Part shown: positions 12,900-26,279 of the stretch, one piece after another
Position numbering within the stretch: the stretch's first letter is position 1
Layout: each line of letters starts with the position of its first letter
Source of the DNA: Octopus sinensis
Taxonomy: Eukaryota
Reading direction: 5' to 3'
Assembly (NCBI RefSeq): GCF_006345805.1
Contig: NW_021831824.1
Coordinates: 728-64,727, forward strand
DNA length: 64,000 bases
Made by a program: the position numbers and the translations under genes
The notes under the pieces: generated by a model
Told to the model about the DNA's origin: nothing
The model's database searches: none
What the model saw: the letters and a program-made list of their open reading frames with translations, nothing else

Positions 12900-13480
12900 T
12901 AAGCATGCCGTTGCTGGTGGATACTTGCTACTGATGATGCTCAAAGAAACAGAAATCCCAGATTTAGCAATTGCACCATCGTGGCTGAAAGCTCTCCGTC
13001 TGTGACAGATACACTTGTCTTCTTTTAGCACAATACGTCTGTATGAGATGCTTTCTCGGAACGAATACCGCAGTTTCAGTAAGATATACAGCATGCAACT
13101 TTAAACTAATACTGCTTTCATCGCTAATAAAGAAAAAGATGAAATTAATGCCTGTGTTACAACTTAGTTCTACTTCCTAGCTCACTTTCTTTTCTTCTGT
13201 CCTGGACACTGCCTAGATTTTACAACGGCTTTAAACGTAATATTTAAACACTAATTCCTTCGTATTTTGGAAGATTATGCCCGACTCACAATTGTTACAT
13301 ATTGCTTTATCTTCTGGGCTATCGTGCTAAGATCTGCATAAAAAAGTCCGTTGGACACTACTCCATGTTTGTATATTTCTAGTACCCCTTTTTTGCTTCT
13401 TCCATTGATAGAGCTAGCTTGTTCACCTCGCCATTTCTTCTCCCATTTAGATATCCAGTAGCTTTCAACTTGTCCCTTTG
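12900..13480 (-). mobile_element. Heavily decayed Tigger/pogo transposase remnant
   Basis: Minus-strand fragments across frames (KYTNME, SGIIFQNTKEL, TFKA, TETAVF) occur in the order of CENP-B-like HTH and DDE motifs. Confidence 0.4.
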
Positions 13481-13645
13481 ATGGGATGCCTTTTAGAGAG
13501 GTCGTGTTGTTTACGTGCTTCGATGCTACGATAGACTGATGTATGGATGGATGTAAGTGCCTAATTCATTTATATATACACACACACACATTCATATACG
13601 TATCTATTATATGTAAACATGTATATATGTGTATTTATAAACATA

Positions 13646-13700
<55 letters not shown>

Positions 13701-14239
13701 TTATATAGACATGTATGAATATATATATATTATATATATATAATACAGGTGTATTAGGTAAAGTAATATAGTTGTATGTATATATGTTTCTATATATATG
13801 TTCACATATATATGTTCATATATATACACACACATAAATAAAGACTTATATATATATATATAATACATACACACACATACATACATATATATATATATAC
13901 ATATATATAAACGTATCTATATATGCAAACACGTATGTATATAACTATATGCATACATACACACATACATGTATTTATATAGGCCTGTACGTATGCCCGT
14001 ATGTATATATGTATGGATTTACGTCTGTATTTATATATACGCGCGAGCCTGTGTGAGTATCTAGGTGTGCATGTGTCTGTTTTTTTTTACTTTTTTTCAA
14101 ATAACAGACGTTGTACAGTGTTTGCAGTGAAATATTTTTTTATGGCATTAAGAAAAATACGAAGCGAAACGAAAGAAAACAATTTCATTTGTAAATGATT
14201 AGAGAACACACACAGACGCACACAACACAAACACACTTA

Positions 14240-14420
14240 TACATACATACATACATACATACATACATACATACATACATACATACATACATACATACAT
14301 ACATACATACATACATACATACATACATACATACATACATACATACATACATACATACATACATACATACATACCTACATACATCCATACGTACATATAT
14401 ATATATATATATATACATAG
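14240..14420. repeat. (TACA)n microsatellite
   Basis: Direct inspection. Confidence 0.95.
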
Positions 14421-14890
14421 CCTCGGAAACAATCGCATGCTGCAGGACTTCTTACTGTTTCCGGTAAGAAACATTAGATAGTGGCTACGTATATTGTGTT
14501 GCTATTAAAACCAAGAAATGAATAAACTTTCGGAACGTGTTGTTTGACTTCAAAGACAAATTAGTACAATACTTTAAAACTGTTTCTCATGGCAATTGTA
14601 AACATGAATCTAGATTGTACTCAACAGTAAAAGTAAAAGAAAAAAAAAGTGATAATAGTGATAAAAAAAAACACAGAAAGACGAAAAGAGAGAAAAAAAC
14701 AAACAAATCTGTTATAATAGTTTTATGTATATAGAGAAGATATTTGAAGCCATTCTCTGACAAAAGAAAAATCTCTGCCAGAAATCTTACATTTTACCTT
14801 CTTCACCCGACAGTCTGCAAGTGAGGAAATTCACAAATATATATATATATATATATATATACATACATACACACATACACACACACACAC

Positions 14891-14945
<55 letters not shown>

Positions 14946-14946
<1 letters not shown>

Positions 14947-15200
14947 ATAAATGTGCCCTTTTAAAGCCTAGCCAGGCTCATGGGTCCGGTTTCCAGGTTT
15001 CTATGGCGTATGTGTTCCTCCCAGCTGGATGGGACGCCAGTCCATCGCAGCGTTACTCATTTATGCCAGCTGAGTGGACTGGAACAACGTGAAATGAAGC
15101 GTTTTGCTCAAGAACACAACGCGTCGCCCGTCCAGGAATCGAAACCACAATCTTACGGTCATGATGCTGATACCCTAACCACTAAGCCACGCGCCTCCAC
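14946..15200 (-). mobile_element. tRNA-derived SINE (family M; TCATGA anticodon region, V-domain-like core)
   Basis: Minus strand: GTGGAGGCGCGTGGCTTAGTGGTTAGGG, GGTTTCGATTCC, GCGATGGACTGGCGTCCC and a TTTA-type tail. Copies at 20213 and 21128. Confidence 0.8.
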
Positions 15201-15201
15201 A

Positions 15202-15257
<56 letters not shown>

Positions 15258-15268
15258 TACATGTTATA

Positions 15269-15362
<94 letters not shown>

Positions 15363-15861
15363 TGCATACAAATACATACATATACATGTGAATAGAGTTG
15401 CAACATGGTCTGATTTTTACGTTTATCAGGGTTCATTTGAGGCTGAATAACAACACTACGGTCAATTTCTATATATTGACACCCGCACGATTTTTACTAA
15501 GAAACAAATTTGATTTTTTGAGTGGAATCATGTACCCTGACCGCCTAATATGCTGCAAATCCATTATTTGGGTTCGAAAAAAATGAGGGGCCCCCCACCC
15601 CAATCCCGGAATCATTGGGAATTTTTTTCTTTCGTTGAATGAATTCCTGTGACCTCCTAATATTGCAAAATTAAGTTACTTCAGGTGACCCTGGTAACTG
15701 ATGTTTTTGGGGCCTTGTTTGTAACTTTTGGTGAACCATGGTGCAAGCAACAACATGGAAAAATTCCTGCCATTAATTTGGTGTGGATGGGTAATATCAA
15801 ATAATTCAATCACAACATATATTTTAGTTAAACACGAAAAAAAAAAAAATTTTATCATCAC

Positions 15862-16426
15862 TTACATGGAAAAATTGAAATATTATTGTTCAGTATTTTA
15901 TAAGGTAAAATCTTAGATTATTTATTGACATATGCCTGGAAAACTCATGAAGTACATAGAAAGTAATATTCTTAAGATTATAAACCTGTAAAAGTATAGG
16001 ACAAACTATTACTTCTTGTAAAGTAAGGAATAAGAAACTTTTTACTTAAAATATTGCAGCTAAATTTAAAATTTGAATATTAAACATTATTTTTTTTATA
16101 CTTTACAAATAACACTATACCTATTTAAGTAGAATTTGGCTAATTTGCTACCTTAAATACAGAAAAAAGTGACTAATTAGACAAACATGCAAATTCGCTG
16201 AACAGTTTTGTACTATAAATTTATAAGATGAGAACTGTAAAGAGTGATAAATTAGAAAAACTGGCATTCTTTGCTGCAATATTTTAAGTAAAAAGTTTCT
16301 TATTCTTTACTTTACTAGAAGTAATAGCTTGTCCTATACTTTTACAGGTGTAATAACTTGTCCTGTACTTTTCCAGGTTTATAATCTGAAGAATATAACT
16401 TTTCATGCTCGCATTTTTCCATGTAA
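15862..16426. repeat. Long imperfect inverted repeat
   Basis: About 15958-16060 pairs with 16273-16403 (right arm has an internal duplication). The outer TTACATGGAAAAAT (15862) pairs with 16413-16426. Confidence 0.75.
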
Positions 16427-17191
16427 TATATATAAAATCATTTAAGAATAAAATATGTCCTTACAATAAGGTGAATAAAATAAAGTCTTCTTCCGAAAAG
16501 CGAATAAAAAACATCGTAGGCATTGAGATTGGATTTTTTTCAAAAACCACTTGTAAATAATCCAAAAGAATAAGTAATCCAGTTTAGATAAACTTTTGGT
16601 AGTAATCCTCTTACGACCGTTTCAGGGGCATAGTAATCCATAGATTTTAAGTGTATTTTCACTCCAAATATTGGACACTGCCTCCTTCATCATAGAGTAT
16701 ATTATTCAGGATTCACATTTCATGCAATGTTGTACTGGGGAGGTGAGATTTAGTTATATACGGAGGTGCAGTTGTTAATAGGAGGAGGAAATGTTATAAC
16801 AGAAAATATGGCAAATGCAATTTAGAAAATGTTATAGATGTTAAGTAGATAATAATTGATCAATATGAAGTTATTGGATGGCAGGAGTATAGAGATTAAT
16901 TAAAATATAGATAATTAAAGATTTGATGGTTAATTTATCGAGGTTTATCGAAATATTCAAATGTTGAAGGATATCTATGATTACAGGAAAATATAGCATC
17001 CGAGAACTTATTTAATGATATAGGCTCATATTGACGAAGAATATTCATGGATTCTCTAATGCACAATTTACATACATGCGTAATTGTATTGTGTTGGGTT
17101 GTGTGGGTTGCTTCTGCTATTACAGACCAAGATAATGAGTAGTGTATATTTTTTAGTTTATGTTCTTGTATATACGAAGCTAGTGTTGTAG

Positions 17192-17706
17192 ATTTATATT
17201 TTACGTTAGTAAAAGAATTTAAAAGGGCCCTATATTTATATTTTTACGTTAGTAAAAGAATTTAAAAGGGCCCTATATTTATATTTTTACGTTAGTAAAA
17301 GAATTCAAATGGGCCCTATATTTATATTTTTACGTTAGTAAAAGAATTTAAATGGGCCCTATATTTATATTTTTACGTTAGTAAAAGAATTCAAATGGGC
17401 CCTATATTTATATTTTTACGTTAATAAAAGAATTTAAATGGGCCCTATATTTATATTTTTACGTTAGTAAAAGAATTCAAATGGGCCCTATATTTATATT
17501 TTTACGTTAGTAAAAGAATTTAAATGGGCCCTATATTTATATTTTTACGTTAGTAAAAGAATTCAAATGGGCCCTATATTTATATTTTTACGTTAATAAA
17601 AGAATTTAAATGGGCCCTATATTTATATTTTTACGTTAGTAAAAGAATTTAAATGGGCCCAAATTTATATTTTTACGTTAGTAAAAGAATTTAAATGGGC
17701 CCTATA
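17192..17706. repeat. 43-bp minisatellite, 12 units
   Basis: Unit TATATTTATATTTTTACGTTAGTAAAAGAATTYAAAWGGGCCC. GGGCCC recurs at 43-bp spacing from 17230 to 17660, and the last unit is 1 bp shorter. Confidence 0.95.
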
Positions 17707-19049
17707 TCGACTTTAAAGTCTACACTGCTTCCTTTATAAACTCTTGCCCTCTGTGTATCAAGGATCTCCTCAGAACACCTAGGTTGATTGAAGTCAATGT
17801 AAACAAGAGATATGAGACAGCATTGCCTTCTTGTAGAGATAGGTATGAGAGGATTTGGTGAAAGCAGGGTTCACTCGATACCCAGGGGTTTTGGACTGGC
17901 TGCAAAGGAAAGAAAAAAAGTGTTGCTAGAAAATTGTCGAAGCCGCGGTGAAAGCATGCCATTGCATCTGGGTCATGAGAGAGGATGAGCGGCGCCGCGA
18001 AACGAACATTGAGGATGATAGAAACATTTGGTTCAGAGTTGCAACATCCGACTCTACAAAGCTCGCGTTGTTGCGTGGGAGTCTTGTAACTTACATCGGT
18101 GAGTGACGCCGAGCAACTCTAGAGACGCGGTGGAGCGAGGTGGGAGCGAAACACCTACAGAGCTTGTTTCACTGTCTAATGAGATGCCGACTTCTACATT
18201 CGTAGTATAGCAGAACCTTCAGCACAAAAATGTTTACCGTAAACTGTGCAATGACAGTATAACAGCTGTCCAATAATACTAAACAGATGTACATTAATGT
18301 GAATTAGCTGTAGAATAGTTACATCACATCTGTATAATAAATGCTGAACTGTCTGTCACAACACAACTGTACAACATGTGTACAACAGTCGTACAATGAC
18401 CGAACAAGAAATATCCGATAAGAGTTGAAAACCCGATACTTGTGCACAATAGCTGTACACTGACAGTATTATGCCTACGATATATACGAAAGCTATACAA
18501 CAGCGCTATAATGAGCGTACAAAATCTTTACGCTGGTGGTACGATAAACAACGTTAAAATCAGCTTTATTGTAAATCTAACGTCTAAAAAGATGTCGAGG
18601 TTGTGCATTAATAGTGAAAATGTCAATAAATTCAGATGTAGGATAACATGGAAGACATAACGTCCCAACGATATGATGACTTTGATGACTTTTGCAGAAT
18701 ATACACTTTCTGCACTTCCTATTTTCCCCCGTATACCGAACCATTACCAGCTCTGTCAGAACAATTTTATCGACTCCAGATGTTCAAAGCAAACAACCTT
18801 TTTTCGTTCTTTTTTTCTTTCTTTGTTTCCTCAATTTTATTTCTTCCGTCTTCTCACAAGACAACTTTTAACTTTTAACGAGAAATTACTTGCATCAGCT
18901 ACGAGAAAATCTAAACTCCATTAATTCTAATAGGAAAAGCTTAACAAATGGATCAACATGCAATCTAATACCTCGCTTGCAAGTGTAAACCTTCTCTTTA
19001 GAAGAACTGCGAGTTGGATGAAATAAAAGAAAGCTGTATTTATAGATTT

Positions 19050-19653
19050 ATAGATAAGGCGGCGAGTTGGCAGAACCGTTAGCACGCCGGGCGAAATGCT
19101 TAGCGGTATTTCGTCTGCCGCTACGTTCTGAGTTCAAATTCCGCCGAGGTCGACTTTGCCTTTCATCCTTTCGGGGTCGATTAAATAAGTACTAGTTACG
19201 CACTGGAGTCGATATAATCGATCTAATCCGTTTGTCTGTCCTTGTTTGTCCCTTCTGTGTTTAGCCCCTTGTGGGTAGTAAAGAAATAGGTATTTCGTCT
19301 GTCGTTACGTTGAGTTCAAATTCCGCCGAGGTCGACTTTGCCTTTCATCCTTTCGAGGTCGATAAATTAAGTACCAGTTACGCACTGGGGTCGATATAAT
19401 CGACTTAATCCGTTTGTCTGTCCTTGTTTGTCCCTTCTGTGTTTAGCCCCTTGTGGGTAGTAAAGAAATATGTATTTCGTCTGTCGTTACGTTTTGAGTT
19501 CAAATTCCGCCGAGGTCGACTTTGCCTTTCATCCTTTCGAGGTCGATAAATTAAGTACCAGTTACGCACTGGGGTCGATATAATCGACTTAATCCGTTTG
19601 TCTGTCCTTGTTTGTCCCTTCTGTGTTTAGCCCCTTTGGGTAGTAAAGAAATA
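19050..19653 (+). mobile_element. Family N SINE: one head plus three tandem bodies, 15-bp TSD
   Basis: TGTATTTATAGATTT at 19035-19049 and 19654-19668. The units are near-identical, about 183 bp each. Confidence 0.85.
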
Positions 19654-20212
19654 TGTATTTATAGATTTTGTGTAGCATGCCATCTCGTTCTTTAGACTCT
19701 GATTTCGAATCCCGGCAACGGTAGAACGATTTAGCATCACCTGGTCGATAAAATAAGCATTAAAAGTTTTGTTTTCGCTTTTTTTCCTCTCATTTTTTCT
19801 ACCTGTTCTAAGTCAAGCAGACCTATGTTCAAAGATTTTATTCCAGCATTAATCATCTTATCATGTGCTTTATTCAGACATAATTTATCTAGAATTACAA
19901 AACCTGATGTTTCTTTTTCAAAAATGTGTGATTTGATGCATATTTTGTTGCTATTTCTAGCAAATCGACGGACCACATAGAGAGGCTTTATTAAAGTTTT
20001 CTCAACTAGACTAAGGTTACATTACTCAAATTATAAACTCTCGTTCTTAATATATTGAAAAAAGAAATTAGGTAACGTCGGACTATAACAGCCCCGAGTT
20101 TGCTGACCTTGTGCCAGATTTTGAAAACAATAAACTAAGATTACAAGAAGGGAAACAGAATGGTGGAAACGTCATGGATAGAATACATTTCATATTACTT
20201 TTTCACAACCTC

Positions 20213-20470
20213 GTGGAGACACGTGGCTTAGTGGTTAGGGTGTCAACATCATGATCGTAAGATTGTGGTTTCGATTTCTGGACCGGGCGACGTGTGTTCT
20301 TGAGCAAAATACTTAATTTCACGTTGCTCCAGTCCACTCAGCTGGCAAAAATGAGTAACGCTGCGATGGACTGGCGTCCAGTCCAGCTGGGAACACATGC
20401 GCCATGGAAACCAGGAAATCGGGCCCATGAGCCTGGCTAGGCTTTAAAAGGGCGCATTTATTATTTATTT
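20213..20470 (+). mobile_element. Family M SINE
   Basis: Full-length match to 21128-21390. Confidence 0.8.
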
Positions 20471-21127
20471 ATCTTTATATCTATCATTTCATAATAGAGT
20501 TATTGATAAGTTCTTTATCAAACGGCGGTGCATCAGCATGGCCGCAGCTCTGAGCTGAAACTTTAATAGAAAAAAAATAAAAATAAAAATAGAAAAAAAC
20601 CCTATATGTACAAGAACAACGTCTGTAATTTTTAGGATATATTACCCTATGTGTTTAAGTGTTAGTTTAATTGTTTAAATGTTGGGCTCATGATCATTAA
20701 GACATGGGTTCTCGGAGCTGGTGACACATCGTCGTATCGTCGAGCAAAGTACTTCATTTCGCTTTAACCCAGTAAACTGAAAATTAACGGCCCCACCAGC
20801 TGAGGGTTATCAGTATGTCGGATTGACGCCTTGTACTTTCATTCGCTTAATTTTTTTAGATACAAGGATGGGATCCAACTTTAATGATGCGGTTGGCGTG
20901 ACAGCCTCTATTTTCATTCTATTCGCTCCCTAGTTTTCGTTCCGGGCATTGACATAGTTAAAGGATGTCGTGGAGTTTCAAATATAAGTAACACAATTGA
21001 AAGAAATTGTCAAAATCTGTAATTCAAAATTGGTAGAATATGACGAGCGTAAGACAATGTACTTAAGTTAAGACAAGGCAGATTTTCTTGTGGAGCTTAT
21101 ATTTTCTCAACAGTATCATATATCTCA

Positions 21128-21390
21128 GTGGAAGCGCGTGGCTTAGTGGTTAGGGTATCAGAATCATGATCGTAGGATTGTGGTTTCGATTCCTGGACCG
21201 GGCGACGTGTTGTGTTCTTGAGCAAAACACTTCATTTCATGTTGCTCCAGTCCACTCAGTTGGCAAAAATGAGAAACGCTGCGATGGACTGGCGTCCCAT
21301 TAAGCTGGGGAACACCTACGCCATGGAAACCGGGAAATCGGGCCCATAAGCCTGGCTAGGCTTTAAAAGGGCGCATTTATATTATTTATT
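21128..21390 (+). mobile_element. Family M SINE with 14-bp TSD
   Basis: TATCATATATCTCA at 21114-21127 and 21391-21404. Confidence 0.85.
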
Positions 21391-22655
21391 TATCATATAT
21401 CTCATATATAGGGAGCTAAGATGGCGGCGTAAGAGAATCGCTGCCAATCAGTGCATTGGAGGATAACACCGTAATCTAGCTAAGAAATAGATAACAAGGA
21501 AGATTTCAGTTTCCTCCGTTAGCAAAATTTGAATTTCTGTGGCGTTGAAAAATCAGTTATATTGGACGCCAGTTAATTATTGCAAATTTTTATAATGACC
21601 GATTTGGTAAGGTACCACACAAAAAAATTACGAGAGATTTGAAATGATCATGTAAGGATAAGGCTATTGATCATGTGATGATAAGGCTATTGGTAGAAGA
21701 TCCTGAGACTGGTTACAGGGTTTTTCATTCTAATTGGTAAGGCTCTTATTTCTAGGGGTTCATCCTGAACAGATTTATAATTGGAAGTAAACTAACAACT
21801 TAGCAAAAAGCGAACATTCGCCATATCGTCGCAACCACAGACACCTTGTTCTCATTTCTGACTGTTAAATGTTTCAACGTTTTGTTGATAATGTCAAATT
21901 ATAAACATTATCATTTGAATAATATTTATTCTTACGTTAATAATACCCTGTCCTATTTATATTTATTATTCATATATTAATAATATAGGGTCATATAAAT
22001 AATATTTATTCAATCAACCAGTCATACGTCTGCACAAACATACGGACATATAGACTCGCAAACACAATATATATGAATATATTTCTTTATTATTTTTACA
22101 TTGACTTCAAAGTTTTTATTGATAGACAAAAGTTTTCCTTAGTGATATCCAATTCTACCGTTATCTATTTGAATTATGTAAACAGTCAGTTCGTATGTTT
22201 ATATGTCTACATATATGTCTGTGTCTAATTGTGTATGTAAGTCTGTATGTGTAAATGAGGGTGTATGTGGAAGGGAAAGCGCTTCCTTGTTTGAAAATGG
22301 AATGGTTTAGAGGGACTAAAAGGCAAATCCCTTCCGGGTCTGGCGAAAGAAATATTTATAGAATAGTGTCGCGCTGGAGAGAAGGAGATGAAGGGAAACA
22401 AGATGGGATCATGCGCACACACACGTATATTGTCATTTTTATGTGTGTGTACATACATACGCACACACATATAGGTATGTATGTATATGCAAAAATGCTA
22501 GTACTAAAATCTTTGTGATAAGTAATATTCGTAGCTACTTTAACATGGCTGTCCGTTCCAGCGGACTCTACTGCGATTTGTTTAACCCCAAGAGGACAAC
22601 TCCCCTGGCTGGTTAACGGTGCAGAGCTACATCCGATACTATTGCGAGCAGATGC

Positions 22656-22724
22656 AAGAGATTGCAGACCTGTTTCAGAATGGCTGACAAGATCGCAATC
22701 GCCAGCATACAAAAGTTCCTTAAT
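22656..22724 (-). mobile_element. RTE-like reverse transcriptase fragment (YADD region)
   Basis: IKELLYAGDCDLVSHSETGLQSL resembles RTE IRELLFADDCALVAHSExxLQ. Confidence 0.6.
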
Positions 22725-22915
22725 GTGTGTGTGTGTGTGTGTGTGTACACACATACGCACATGTAGAAATGCATTATACATATATATAAATCTGAAGTTG
22801 TGTGTGTATGGTAGGTTTGGTAGCCTTCAACTAACACTATCTCCTCCGAGACCCTGCGGCACAAGTCGACCAAAATTCAAAGTATGATAGAAGAAGGCTT
22901 GTTCTTCCTTCCGTA

Positions 22916-23166
22916 GAAGAAAAAATTCAAATCAGAAAAAAAGCACCTTTTTGAAGTAAATAATTTTTCGTGTTAACATGTTCTATGAAAATCCCTATTT
23001 TTTACGATTTTTTTACTGCTGTGTCGCCATTTTTTGGTATATTTCAACCAGAAAAATGTTCACTTAAAGAGAATAACAACGTACATAATGCAAAATTGTT
23101 ACTTTTCAAAAATTCCAATTCTAAAGGGTCGAAACAAACCCGAGCAACGTCGGGCGATACTGCTGG
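22916..23166 (+). mobile_element. Helitron-like 3' fragment
   Basis: Ends with hairpin CCCGAGCAACGTCGGG then CGATACTG-CTGG|T. The terminus is shared with 46169-46554. The 5' limit is uncertain. Confidence 0.6.
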
Positions 23167-23587
23167 TACATATATAAATTCTGCCGGGTCCACTTTGCTT
23201 TTCATCATTTCGGGGTTGATAAATCAAGTACTAGTTGAGGGAGTAATCAACTTAACCCCACCCCTAAACTTGCTGGCTTCGTGCCAAAATTGACACCAAT
23301 ATATGTGTGTATACGTACGTGTATTTCTGTACCTGACTGTCTACATGTGTGACTGTACGCGTATGTGTTTTATTTATAGGAATTACAAATCACAGCATTT
23401 TGTTCGACGACAAGAGTTAACGGATTTTATCTGACCAATTTGTTTTATCTGACCAATTTGACAAATGAACTCTAATATTATGGAATGATTATGTATTTTA
23501 AACACATAATCTTGAGAATATTCAGACAACCAAGGAAAACGACATGGCGCTACTTGGAGGTTAGCTATGGGTACAAAAGTTTCCTTA

Positions 23588-23695
<108 letters not shown>

Positions 23696-23888
23696 TGTGT
23701 GTATACAATCTGAGCGTATTGCAAAAATCGGCACTACTTGGAACTACATGCATATTGCGTAAAGTACTGTCTGTTTGAGGTCCTTGTTGTGACTTTTCAG
23801 ACAGGGCAAAACCCCCGGGAGGCACAATATCGTCAATAAACAACCTCACGATATTGTATACTGTGTGAAGTCTATAATAATAATAATA

Positions 23889-23949
<61 letters not shown>

Positions 23950-23964
23950 AAGAAGAAGAAGAAG

Positions 23965-24152
23965 AATCCTATCTACTCTAGGTACAAGGCCATGAATTCT
24001 GGTGAAGGGCTAAATCGATTACATCGAGCCCAGTGTTCAGCTGGTACTTATTTGATCGAAAGCGAAAGGATGAAAAGCAAAGACGACTTCGGCCGAATTT
24101 GAACTCAGAACGTAAAGACAGACAAAATACCGGAAAGTATTTCACCCGGCGT
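23965..24152 (-). mobile_element. Family N SINE (head truncated)
   Basis: Core match, next to (AAT)n(AAG)n. Confidence 0.7.
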
Positions 24153-24946
24153 GCATTAAATAGCTGACGGATTAAAATTACTTATCAGTGTATTTTGGCA
24201 ATTTAAATAAGTGTTTTGACTGTTATTTCCAGCAGTTAGACATACCTAGTATGTCTTTTGATTAATTTTAATCCTTCAGCTATTTAATGCCTTTTGGGGG
24301 GGGGGCCTGCAATCGCCTATATTATTGATTCTATTATTATCACTTTTAAATTAATAATAAATCTCTGAACGAGATATAAACAGTAACCGCTCGACAACGT
24401 AAGGGGTATCAGCCATCTGAATGTGGCTAGCCACTGGGGGGGGGGTGTTGCTGATGCTTTTAGCCCCAGGCGATCAACGTCACCAGAAGGACTTTAGACA
24501 CTATCTCAGTGTCCTTGTGTTGTTTGCAAAGGGAGGTCATCCTCCCTCGAAGACCCGAGTACTACATACGGACTATAGTGTCAATGATATCTTCGTAAAT
24601 TATTTGTTCGTGAATTATTTGCACCGTATTAAAATTATTTTCACACTGGTAGCTGCCATGATTTCGGCGCAAAACGAACCAGTTGCAGCGCAGACTTCAA
24701 CATGACGGGTTGGGGACTCTATCCGGGTAACGCGTGTTGAGGAAAGTGAGGCTATTATGCCAGTCCAGGAACAGGTGCGCGTGAGTCCAAATACTTGATT
24801 GTATGCTGAGAGATTGTCTTAGCTCGTTTGCCTTCAGGCGGTTGATTTTTGTAGTTATTATCAGTGCATTTGGCGATTTAAATAAGAGTTTTGACTGTTA
24901 TTTCCAGCAGGTAGACATTCTTAGTATGTCCTTTGAATAATTTTAA
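24153..24946 (+). mobile_element. Non-coding element with terminal direct repeats and 5' inversion (Penelope/retrozyme-like architecture)
   Basis: Direct repeats of about 90 bp at 24182-24271 and 24858-24946. A 28-bp inverted repeat at 24153-24180 and 24263-24290. Ends at (TA)n. Confidence 0.55.
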
Positions 24947-25096
24947 GATATATATACATATAAATATATATATATATATATGAATTTACATACATATATA
25001 ATGTATGTATATATAAATATGTATCAATATATGTATATGTGGATATATATTATTTATACACACGCGTATTCATATACATATACATTCATATATATA

Positions 25097-25128
<32 letters not shown>

Positions 25129-25184
25129 CGTACATACATACATAGACAGACAGACAGATAGATAGATAGATAGATAGACAGACA

Positions 25185-25222
<38 letters not shown>

Positions 25223-25304
25223 GGAATACGACCGTTAATATGGCAGCCCAATAATGCATTTGGATCTCTACATAGCTACGTATGTGTGTTTGTGTATGTG
25301 TCTG

Positions 25305-25336
<32 letters not shown>

Positions 25337-26241
25337 GTATGCATGTGTGTGTGTGTGTCTGTCTGTTAGTGTATGTGGTGGTGGTGGTGGGTGTTTCAAT
25401 GTGTGTCCCTTTGTGTGTGTCTCTGTCTTTCTAAATAAAGTCGTCTTTCAAATTCCGCCCGAAAATCTTTCCCATCACTCACCACCACCAACACCACCAC
25501 CACTACAATCAGGACCATCGTCACCATCGTCATTATCCACCACCACCACCACCACCACCACCACCGCCACCCCCATCGTCACCTCTCCCTCAGCCTCTGG
25601 TTTATCTATTCCCTTTCATTGTTATTCTAATTCTTAATGTTTATTTTATCATTCCATCTCTTTATTTTTCTTTTCTCACCCACCATCACAAATACCACCA
25701 CCGCTAGCGCCACCACCACCGCCACCGCCACCACCACTACCGACAGCAGCAACAACAACAACAACAACAAGGCTAATATAACAAATACCGTCATCCATAG
25801 CATCGCCTTCAAAAACTACCACCGCAACAATCACCTCCATCACCACCAAAACTACCGCCAATACTAACATCCTCAGCAGTATTATCTCAATCTCGATCCA
25901 CCTCCGCCGCCGCCGCCACTACAGTGAGCATACCTCCCACCGCCACCACCAGTCCCATTAACATCACAACTACACATGATGTTCTATTTAAAAAGAAAAC
26001 AAAAATACTGCGCCACGTGTAGGGAAATTCGATCCCGTGACCTTTATTACCACTGGTAGACTCCATAATAGAACTAAACTTTGCCTCATTGCAAATAACT
26101 AAATGCGACCCCGACCGAAACACCTCATAGCACCGACATTTGGTGTCGTATGTCTTTATAAAAACAACCACTTCTACTGAAGTCAGAAACTAGCAAAAAT
26201 GGAATTTAAACAAAATAATTCCAACAACAACAATGATGATG

Positions 26242-26277
<36 letters not shown>

Positions 26278-26279
<2 letters not shown>

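Noticed and set aside
17192-17706. CRISPR-like array
   Set aside because: Units are contiguous with no unique spacers, there are no cas genes, and the context is eukaryotic.
15393-18121. TAGAGTTGC / GCAACTCTA as transposon TIRs
   Set aside because: Only 9 bp, and the flanks show no TSD.
14946-21390. tRNA genes suggested by A/B boxes
   Set aside because: They are SINE heads with no acceptor stem, continuing into SINE bodies, some with TSDs.
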